Shown here in pieces: positions 54,198 through 64,000 of a DNA stretch of 64,000 bases. Source of the DNA: Felis catus (Eukaryota); NCBI RefSeq assembly GCF_018350175.1, contig NC_058382.1, positions 53,322,001 through 53,386,000 on the forward strand, read 5' to 3'. The notes under the pieces were generated by a model, which was given only the letters and a program-made list of their open reading frames with translations, ran no database searches and had not been told where the DNA came from. The translations under genes were made by a program, and so were the position numbers. Numbering within the stretch: position 1 is the first letter of the stretch; every line of letters begins with the position of its first letter.

Positions 54198-56187
54198 CTC
54201 TCTCCATTGGTAACAAGGTCTGAAGAACCAAAGAATATGGCACCACTATTATTCTACTTCTGTAGTTGGAGACCCAGAGCCGTAGAGAGGTTAAAAAATT
54301 GGACCAAGACGACCCAACTAATGAGGGATGGTGCTGAGACTGAGTCATCTATTCTCTGGTTCACTCTGTTTGATTCATGGACAACCATTTCTTGAATGCC
54401 TGCCTTGTCCAGGCTCCCAGCCCAGGTACAACAGGAAGGTGAGGCTATCATTGACTGACCCCTGCCCTCAAAGAGCTCACATTCTTGAGTCAGATCTGTG
54501 TGCTGGGGGCCTAGCTGTGAGTCGTGTGCCCTGAAAAGTCGTGGCCCGAATGCAATGGCAGCTGTAAGCTGGTGCAAACATCCACCAGGTGCCAGGAATG
54601 CAACTGACATTGTCAGGGGGTGACTGAGGGTCATAGATCTCACCATCCAGCTTCCATGGGGGCGCTGTCTGTAGGCTACCTTTGCTTATGGATGTATTGA
54701 CTGTATATCTCATTCTAATAGCTACTGCTTTCAAGAGGACACTGCTTTCAAGGCAAGGCAAGCCTTGGAGCAGGTGGGCTTGCTAGAGCTACATTGGAAC
54801 CTTCAGGCAGTGCTTCCTCGAGCCAAGCACATAATCTGTGACTGTTGACTTGTGTCAACCAAGGGCATGGATGTCTCTATAAAGGATCACTAAATTATGG
54901 GGGAGGGCATATTAGTGGAAGAAACAGGTTGTGCAAAGGCACGTAGGTGTGAATGAGGATGGAAGAACAGAGCAAGGTGGTTGTGCTGCTGGAGCACAGG
55001 TAAGGGGATGTGGTGGCTAATGGAGGGGCATGGAGATACCTCAACAGTTAAATGAGGCTTCACGGTGCAGGGTCTGCCATGCTAGCTGGAGAGCATGACC
55101 TTATCAGAGCCACAAAGGTATCTGGGCAAGGGAAATGTGTACCCAGATTTGTGCTTTAGGAGGAACGTGTGGCTGGGCAAGTCCGGAAGCAGAAGCAGTA
55201 ATTCGTGGAATATTGCATTGGTGGAAATGAGGGCCTATCCTAGACTCAAGGAATAGGAATGTGACAGAGGCAGCAGATTCTCAAAATGTTTTTGGAAAGT
55301 AAAATGGGAAAGATGTGTGATGGATGGAGTACTGAATGAAGGAGAGAGAAGAGCTCAGCTCAGCGGTCAGGCCTCCAGCTTGGAACCCGGGTGGATAATT
55401 ATGATTATGATATTATGATATATATGATATTATGATATTATGATTTTTTTTTACCAGGTTAGGGACCATGAAGAAAGAGGCCAGTGTTGAGGAGTCTTAG
55501 GTGTCAATATGCCACCCCAGTAGAGATGTCTAGTAGGCGGTTGAAAATCTGGCTCTGGAGTTCAGAAGATAAAGTACTGTTTAGCAAGAGAGATTGGACA
55601 GTCGTCAGAATAAAGAAAGAGGGCAGCACATTGATGTGATACGTACCACTCGCGACCACTTCCGCACCCAGAGCAGGCATCACTAATCAATCCTGGAATC
55701 CTTTTTCCTTTGAGCCTGACTGCTTGTGGACCCTACTGTTGCCTACAGGGTAGAGCTGGCATGGAAATGGAAATCTTCTTGGTGGCTGTCATAGAGGTGA
55801 TGACGGAAGCCATTGGGGAATCGGTTGTGGGTGTGTGGGCATGAGGAGTGGGAAGCACCGAGGCTCCACATCTAGCTGTCATTTAAACAGTGTTGGCTTT
55901 GATGGATGGATTCGAATTCCATTGTCTCCACTGACTGGCTGCGCGGACTTTAAAGATTTACCCAAACACCTTAGGTCTTAATTACTTATTTCTAAGACAC
56001 GGATTAACAATAGCCTTTCATAGAATTTTGGATAGACTTATGGTCACGTAAAGTGTTCAGAACAACGTGACACCCACAAAATGCTTAATAAATATTATTT
56101 GGAGGTAGTGAAGAAAGCAAAGGAACGTGCCAAGATCAGGAAGGTCTCCTCAGACACTATCCAGAGCACCTTAATACTTCTGATTAC

Positions 56188-56315
56188 AGGGGTGCCTGGG
56201 TGACGCAAGTTGGTTAAGCCTCTGACTCTTGGTTTCTGCTCAGGTCATGATCTCATGGTTCGTGGGGTAGAGCCCCACATCAGGCACCACAGCTGAAGTG
56301 CAGAGCCTGCTTGGG

Positions 56316-56365
<50 letters not shown>

Positions 56366-56438
56366 TCTCTCTCCTTTTCCCCCACTTGCACATACACACA
56401 CACTCTCTCTCTCAAAATACATAAATAAACTTAAAAAA
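56188..56438 (+). mobile_element. CAN-SINE with expanded (CT)n
   Basis: ggggtgcctgggtgacgcaagttggttaagc head. Confidence 0.9.
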
Positions 56439-57999
56439 TACTTCCAATCCCAGATCAACTGGCATTTCTCAGACTCAATGCCCTATATGATATGGCATGT
56501 GGTTTCCATGGAAGTTCTGGTCCCCGCTTCAACTTAATATGGTTTGGGGTTTCAATCTATGTTTTATAAGACTGGCTAGTTTCCTTCTCAGACCTCTGTT
56601 TCGTAACAGCTCCTCTGCCCTGACTTTGGAAAAAGAGACAGAGTCTTTGATTTAGCCCGGTGGCCACTGGATCAGAATTTCCTCCACTTCACCAAGAATG
56701 GCCGGCGGACAGGTGTTCAGCCGCGGCCCGAGAGGAAGATGAATGGTAGTTCAATTCTTTCCGATCAAGAGGTCACTTTTTATTTGAGGTTGCCAAGTAT
56801 GTGTTGCCTGTGAGAAGCCTTGTGGCATGTCTAGAAAAGCAGTGAAAAATAAATACACACAATTTATTTATTTGCCTGGTTTGCTATTTCTCAATCGTTG
56901 TCCTCAATCTAAAGGCAGTTATGGTCTTTGGGGTGTAGTATGCCATATAAAGTGTTTAACAAAGTGCCCTCAAATTTATGTGGCAAGGATCGTATTTATC
57001 TGGGTAAATGAAAGATTATGTTTTCTGAACTGCTCTTGCCAGCCTCTAAGAATTTTTGCCAAGAGACTGGAACCACTTTACAGGGGCACCATAACCACAG
57101 AGTGTGCGTGTGTGTGTGGGTGTGTGTGTGTGTGTGTATGTGTGTGCCTGTTTGGTGGGGGTAGTTCTTTCCATGTTATTTTTCACTGCAAATGTGATGG
57201 TAAAGTGTATCACCCCGAAAGTAAAGGATCACATAGTTTCTTGGCCCCAACACAGAGGTCCTGGTGACCTTATGGCAAGGGCACGAAGCCCCAAGGTTGC
57301 GACAAATTGGTAAGTGCCGAGTGGTGCAAAAGCTGCTTGATGTTTCCGGTTCGGTCTGTGTCCCAGCAATCTGTTGTTGTGTTTGGTTTATTTTCTCAGA
57401 ACACTGAGTCAAGGTCATGTTTTTGGTGTTTACTTTTCATTTCCTGCTGGTGTGTTGGTGCATATGTGTTGTCTGTTTGTGGGAGCATTCGTGTATTTGG
57501 TTTTGTGCTTGACAGTGTGTCTGTTTGGATATGGGTGGGAGGAGAGAAGAGGTCAGAAAGACAAAGAGATAGAACTAAGAGAGGGTAAGGAAAAGAGGAA
57601 GAAAGGTCACAGAGTTCTTGTAAGAAGGAGGTTGCCTGGATTTACCCAATCTTTCATTCATGGCCCAGACTTTTGTGACTGGCACTGTTTTAGGTTCTGG
57701 GTCTACTGCAGTCACCTGGAGGGACAAAGTCCCTGATCTCCTAGATTTACCGTCCAGTAGGGACACTCATAATAACGCATGAGTCATAATAAGGTAATTT
57801 CAGATAAATTTGCTGGTCTGATTATGGATTAAAACACCACCTTCCTTCTCAGGAGGGTCTTCCCTCATCCCTGGATATTCCTTCCCATGGGAGATCATCT
57901 CTGGAAAATACATTTGTGTTTCTCTGGACAGACAGGGTTCTACCAGTACGTAGACCACAATATCCCATTTTAAGTTTGTTTTCTTAAATTCCTTCGGCG

Positions 58000-58688
58000 T
58001 CCGTGGTTCTCAATAGGGGATAACTTTGCCCCTCGCGGGACATTTGGCAATGTCTGGAGGCATTTTTGGTCGTCACGACTGAGGGACGCTATTAGAATCT
58101 CATAGAGGTCGGGGCACCTGGGGGGCTCAGTCGGTTGAGCGTCCGACTTCGGCTCAGGTCATGATCTCACTGCTTGTGGGTTTGAGCCCTGCGCCGGTCT
58201 CTGTGCTGACAGCTCAGAGCCTGGAGCCTGCTTCAGATTCTGTGTCTCCCTCTCCCTCTCAAAAATAAATAAACATTAAAAAAAGCAATTAAAGAAAAGA
58301 ATTTAGTAGAGGCCAAGGATGCGGCTACATGTCATCCAGTGCACGGGCCAGCCTCCACCACAGAGCCTGATTAAGCCCCAAACGCCAGCGGGCTGACAAG
58401 CTGCTTTGCATGTTTATTTTCTGTCTCCTCCACACTTGCTCCCTCTTGCATCCGTAACGTTGAACATCGTGTGGATGCTCGATAAATATCTGCCGGTCCG
58501 CGTGCCTGTAGTAACGCTCGATACACAACAATGGTATGAAATGTTTGCTGAGTGAACATCTGATAAGCTCTGTGACTTCATGGCGTGTGACTCTGGTGAG
58601 CCATCCAACCTTTGTGAGTGCCAACAACTCTGCTCAACAAAGAATGATCAGACCCACATGTCACTAGGGTCGAGGTTGAGAGACCCTG
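58000..58688 (+). mobile_element. MER20 split by a CAN-SINE (58111-58300), with a second MER20 3' end at ~58636-58688
   Basis: gtggttctcaatagggga...ggacatttggcaatgtctggaggcatttttggtcgtcacgactg; tagaggccaaggatgcggcta; caacaaagaatgatcagacccacatgtcactagggtcgaggttgagagaccctg. Confidence 0.8.
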
Positions 58689-59719
58689 ACTCAAGGACAG
58701 TTGGAGGCTGAGCTGAGGCACCCATAGGGCTGGGGCTTGGGAGTGTGGGATTATGTGTGCATGGGTGTGGGATTCACCAGGAAGCCCGACACTGAGCCTT
58801 CAGGAAGATTCCTCATCACCACCATTTGTCTCTTTCCCCCAGGAAAACGGCCTCCCGGACGGTGCGTTTGGAACCCGCACAGCCTTTGGGGGGACGGCCA
58901 GCCAAGTCTTGCTGTAGAATGGCTCACCAAGCCAAGGGGCTGGGACTCTCAGGATGCCAACATCCTTGGAAACTTGGGGCTCACCCTGGGGATACGTGTC
59001 CCCAGAAAACCTCAGCCATCCGGTCCCTTCCTGTCTAAGAACATTCGTCAACAACCTGCTTCCTAAGAACATACAGGATCTGCCTGAAATGACTCTGCCT
59101 ATAAATTCTGCCCCCACAACCACTTGTCAGTGGGAATTCGCTCACAAATCCCCCGTGAACAGGAGAGAGGCTTCACTACCTGAATGCGCTTACTACCGCT
59201 GCTGTCTGAGGCGAGGGGCTTGGGGAAGGAAAATAGAAATGAAATATATGAGAAATCTGAGACATTGTTTTAAAACAACGGTTTTTTAGGGTGTTTGATT
59301 TACTATTCAACTGTGCACAGCTGCTGTTTGGAAAATAGGACGCGTGCCAAGTGGAGATAGCTGGTGGAGAGGGTTGGGGAGAGCGGGGACAGAAGAATCA
59401 ACTGTGGTATTTACGCACTTCACGTGTTAAGTCGACTCTAAAACAGATCCGGGTGGCTGACCCTTCCGAGAAGCCATTGGCTGGCGTCTCGCTCGGTCGC
59501 TAGTCATCTGCTGAACTGCTGTTCCCCCGAACCTCACGTCCTCTTTGTCTTAATTAAAGAGATTTAGAGGACTGCCCTGCCCTCAAAGTGCACATTTTTA
59601 ATCAGTGCTTCAACAATCACTGCCTCCTTGTTCTCCTATTTCTTCGCCCTGGCATCAAGACACCCACACAGGGACGTGGGAGGGTTTTCCTTAAATTGAG
59701 GTAAAACTGACGTAACCTA

Positions 59720-59925
59720 GGGGCGCCTGGGTGGCTCGGTCGGTTAAGCGTCTGATTTCGGTGCAGGTCGTGATCTCACAGTTTGTGGGTTCGAGCCCCG
59801 CGTCGGGCTCTGTGCTGACAGCTCAGAGCCTGGAGCCTGTTGCAGATTCTGTGTCTCCCTGTCTCTCTGCCCCTCCCCTGTTCACTTTCTGTCTCAAGAA
59901 TAAATAAACATTAAAAAAAAATTTA
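59720..59925 (+). mobile_element. CAN-SINE
   Basis: Canonical head and body. Confidence 0.93.
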
Positions 59926-60039
59926 TGAAAAAACAGTTTGCAGTTCTTTCGGGGAGACACCTAGAAATCGAATTGTTGGCTCATATGGCAATTCTCCATT
60001 TAACTTATTGAAGAATCAATCATTTAAAAAATTTTTTTA

Positions 60040-60116
60040 AAAAGTAAAACATTTTTTTAGTTTATTCATTTTTGAGTGAGAGAGAGCATACGTGCATGCG
60101 TGTGCACGCGCGCGTG

Positions 60117-60168
<52 letters not shown>

Positions 60169-60556
60169 GTAGGGGAGGGGCAGAGAGAGAGAGGGAGACA
60201 CAGAATCCGAAGCCGGCTCCAGGCTCTGAGCTGTCAGCATAGAGCCTGTGTCGAGGCTCGAACCCAAGAACTGCAAGATCATGACCTGAGCTGATGTTGG
60301 ACGCTTAACCTAGCCACCCAGGCTCCCCATGTTTTGTTTTGTTTTTTTTTTTTTAGTTTATTTATTTATTTTGAGAGAGACAGAGACAGAGCGAGTGGGG
60401 GAGGGGCAGAGAGAGAGGGAGAGAGAGAATCCCAAGCAGGTTCCACGTTGCCAGCTGTGGAGCCCGGCGTGGGGCTTGACCTCACAAACTGTGGCATCAT
60501 GACCTGAGCCGAAACCAAGAGTCGGTCGTTTAACCAAATGAGCCACCCAGGCGCCT
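60040..60556 (-). mobile_element. Two tandem minus-strand CAN-SINEs (60040-60328 with a (CG)/(CA)n tract; 60340-60556)
   Basis: Ends agccacccaggctcccc and agccacccaggcgcc. Confidence 0.9.
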
Positions 60557-62088
60557 CGAGAAATCACTAATTTTTTAAAGCTCTCATTGCACAATCGTTC
60601 TTGGTGTCCAATCAGCTAATGTGTCCTCCACCCAAGATGAACCCAGAGTTAATTGCGGGGTCACCCCCAGAGCTGGCTGTCTCCCCAGGACTGAGAAGGC
60701 TGTGGAGAGGCAGCTTCGCCCACGGAGCCCTCTTTCTCTCTATCACCAGGATAGTTAACTTGCACTCAAAATGACACGAGTGTTCAATCCCATGAAAACG
60801 CTACAGGGCGGGCATCATTCTCCAAATTTTTTAAAACGAAGAAATAGAGATCCAGAGAGATGAATCCCTTGCCCAAGGACACGCAGCTAAGAACTAATGG
60901 GCCTTACTGGGTCTAAAGACCTATTGAAGCCATATCATCGCACTCAAAAGACTGTCTGTTTGCTGCCTAAGAAAGCAAAACCCTTCAGAAAGAACCGCCC
61001 CCAGCTCCAGTCAAAACACCGCTTCCTTTTTTGGGAGAGTTTGATCCACAGACGGACTACGGGCAAAGGGAGAGTTCCTTCAGGCCAGGTGACACAGGAA
61101 CCAGGGATTTGCTTTTTCTGAAAGGTCACCGGGTGGCCTGTGTCACCGGGAATGAACCCTTCCCTAACAGTTTCCTGTCCCGAATGTCTCTCTAAGGAGG
61201 AAATAGCTGCCTTCATCCTTCCTCCCCATCCTATCCATCCCATAGGGGACGTTCCTTTTAGAGAAGGTGGGGAAAGGACAGAAGAAATCAGCTGTCTCTT
61301 TCCTAGATGTGCTAAGTTCTTCCTGTATATGAACATAATCCTTCCGCCAGCTCTGTGAGTTTGGTGGGGGTATGGTTTTCATTACGATGAGACATTTGAT
61401 GTTCACAAAAGTTAAGAAACTTGCACAAAACATCCCAGCCAATAGGTGGAGGAGGTAAGAGTCACACCGAGAACTTTCTGAATCTAAAGCCTATGGAACA
61501 TGTGTACTCCTCCAGGCCAATCACCCATCAATCACCTCCTATGACTGAGTGTCCTAGCACCCCGGGCTAGGTGCTTGCACACATGGTCTCATTGAATCTT
61601 TGTAAACTTCTGGCTTATACAAAAGGAACTGGGGGCTCAGCAATGCCCAGTAACTTACCCAAGTTCATGCAGTCAACGCAGCCAGCCAAAGACAGTTATT
61701 GTGGGGCCGCCGGATTCCAAAGTCCTGCCGGGTCCACCCTGTTATTCTAGTTCTTTGTCCCGTGTGGTGCTGAGCTTATCCCAGGAGCAGGGGTCAGGAG
61801 AAATGGCTTCCAAGAAATCCTGCTTGGTTGCATCATAAGTTTCTGACAGTCTCCTCTTCCTCCGACTCTGGTCAACCATTTGTTGTGGACGTAGCCGATT
61901 CCCACATTAGGACGGGGTTCTTGGAGGAAAATGGTTTCCAGAATTGCCTGTGGTTAGTGATTTTCTTAAGATGAATTAGAAAGAAAAATATTTGGAAGGG
62001 AGGTTAGTTCATCTCAGCAAGAGCTGAGGTATACCATCTCTGTGTTAGAACGTGGGGGCAGGCAGATATGGAGAAGCATATGTACGTA

Positions 62089-62475
62089 CAGAAGCTCATT
62101 ATCTACAGGGGTGCCTTCCAAGACCCCCAGTGGGTGCCTGAAACCACGGGCAGTACTGAACCCCCTATAGACTGTTTTTTTCCTATTCATAGATACCTAT
62201 GATAATGCTTAACTTATAAATTAGACCCAGTAAGAGATTGGCAACAATAACTAATAGTAATGTATAACAATTATAGCCATATAATTGCAATAAAACTTAC
62301 CCGAATGTGGGCTCTCTCACGAAATATCTTCTTGTACTGTACTCACGCTTCTGCTTGTGATGATGTGAGAGGATAAAATGTCTACGTGATGAGATGAAAT
62401 GAGGTGAATGATGTAGGCATTGTGATGTCCCGTTAGGCTCCTACTGATCTTTCGACAATATTTCAGAAAGAAGAT
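62089..62475 (+). mobile_element. MER44/Tigger7-derived DNA transposon fragment
   Basis: ttccaagacccccagtgggtgcctgaaaccacgg...ttataaattagacccagtaagagatt...gtgatgagatgaaatgaggtgaatgatgtaggcattgtga matches the recalled MER44B consensus. Confidence 0.8.
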
Positions 62476-62509
62476 TCTGTATAATGGCGCCCTTCTTCTG
62501 TATATGCTC

Positions 62510-62554
<45 letters not shown>

Positions 62555-63029
62555 CGCACAAATCATATGCATTCAAGCGTTTGTTTGCAAGAGCGGGTCT
62601 GTCTGTCTGTGTATGTAGAGGTGAACGAATTTGAGTGTGCATGTGTATTTCTGAGCACTTGCATAGAGGGGGGCTGACAGGAGAGGGCTTAATGGAAGAC
62701 AGCAGACGACAACTCCCCACTATGACTGATTCTTGAAGATCTTGGGCTGGAAGAATCATGTCGGGCTCTCGGGGGTGAGAAAGTAGGGCTCTGTGTGTCC
62801 ACAGGGATCTTCCGGCTGGATGAAGACCGCAGTTTCCTGGCACTGGTGCCCTGGTTCCCTGGCAAGGGTCTCCATCTAGCCTTGGTTCCTCCATGCCTTG
62901 CTTGTCACTTGGAACCTCCAGCATCATCTTTGTGCGGAGTTCGGATCTGACCTTCCCAACAGCCCCAGAGTAGGGATCTCCAAGTTCAGGCTGGTAGGGC
63001 TTGTCTGGGAGCTCCCTTCACGCATAGAG

Positions 63030-63150
63030 TTCCTGTTACCACTTCTGGATTCTGACTCAGAAGTTTTGGTTTGGGGTCTGAGAATCTGCATTTTAACAAG
63101 CTCTTGGGTGCAGGTGACACAGACCACTTCTGGAGGCTCTCTGGCTTAGA
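63030..63150. mobile_element. MER5-like DNA transposon fragment
   Basis: gattctgactcagaag...ggggtctgagaatctgcattttaacaagctc. Confidence 0.6.
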
Positions 63151-64000
63151 AAGCCTGCAGGGATTCACTGACTTGTGTCCATCTTGAGCGTCTATCTCCC
63201 AGAATCTTCCTCTGACATGCTCCGTGTTATCACTGAGGAGATCACTTCCTCGAACCTGCGGTGTCCTATTTTGAGTCTGATATTCATTCAATACTAAAAT
63301 CAGATTCTATTTCCTCTTTTTGCTGAGCAGCTCCGGACACATTGTCAATTGTCTACCTGTTGATGGACCCTCAATGATCCCTCAATGGCCACTATGGAGG
63401 CAGGCCAGGGGTCCAATTGTACGCCTCTGCTTTGAAACCAAATGCCCAGCAAAGAATGAGAAAATACGTACTGTAGATTATCAAGGGGTTTCTTCTTCCT
63501 AAAGTCCATAGAATCTACCGACTTCAAGGATGTTTTCAACGTTAAAATCCCATCTTGCTAAAAGCATACTCTAGTCTTTCGAGCAAGAATTTATAAACAA
63601 TAGCAGTGATCTTCTTATCCATTGGAAGCGACTATTTCAACTTCCCGTACAGAATCCTACCTTGGCTAGAAGGAGGTTTTTTGTTTTTCTCCTCCTTCTC
63701 CTTCTCCTTCTCCTTCTCCTTCTCCTTCTTTTTCCCTTTCAACCTCTCTAAATAGGTGAAGGTAGGCTGGCTTGCAAAAACTATTTGGCAATCCATTTCT
63801 TCATCCTCATCAACCAAATTCTGATTTCATATGGTATTGGAATGCAGACTACAGTCCCTAAAATAGGTGTGTGTGTGTGGGGGGGGGGGATGGGAGACTT
63901 ATTTGACAGTGTTACAAGGAGACAAGCTCGAAGCAAACATTTGACACTCCAGCCCTGGAATGCTGTAAAAATTTAATTAGGTGGATCCATTAGTCATGCC

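Noticed and set aside
53808..54395. 195-aa HPSI-repeat ORF (and similar ORFs at 34276-34644)
   Set aside because: Translation of (CCAT)n microsatellites.

Overview
64 kb of felid (cat-like) genomic DNA, judged from the young feline-type CAN-SINEs. It contains the whole c-MAF (MAF) bZIP transcription-factor gene on the minus strand plus about 44 kb of upstream non-coding sequence. The GC-rich first exon (ATG at 19161) encodes a 383-aa protein whose stop codon overlaps a 5' splice site (AT|GTGAGT). Reading the sequence directly gives two further in-frame terminal exons that the ORF track misses: 13615-13522 ([31 protein letters not shown], 413-aa isoform) and 5308-5275 (M-YPRESSTSVM*, 393-aa isoform). 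Also present are a TATA/CRE/CCAAT/MARE-like promoter in a CpG island, two uORFs, a long AU-rich 3' UTR, a second orphan CpG-rich island and a ~21 kb stretch with no recognisable transposons. The upstream region is rich in CAN-SINEs, L1, MLT LTRs, MER20, MER44 and microsatellites. The most unusual observations are (i) complementary CA and UG repeats at the two ends of the 4.4 kb alternative intron, which could pair and bridge it, (ii) an unexplained ~119-bp hairpin with perfect 31-bp arms at 49773-49891, and (iii) a perfect 66-bp AT palindrome. Repeat family names and cross-species comparisons come from recalled consensus and protein sequences, not from a search.
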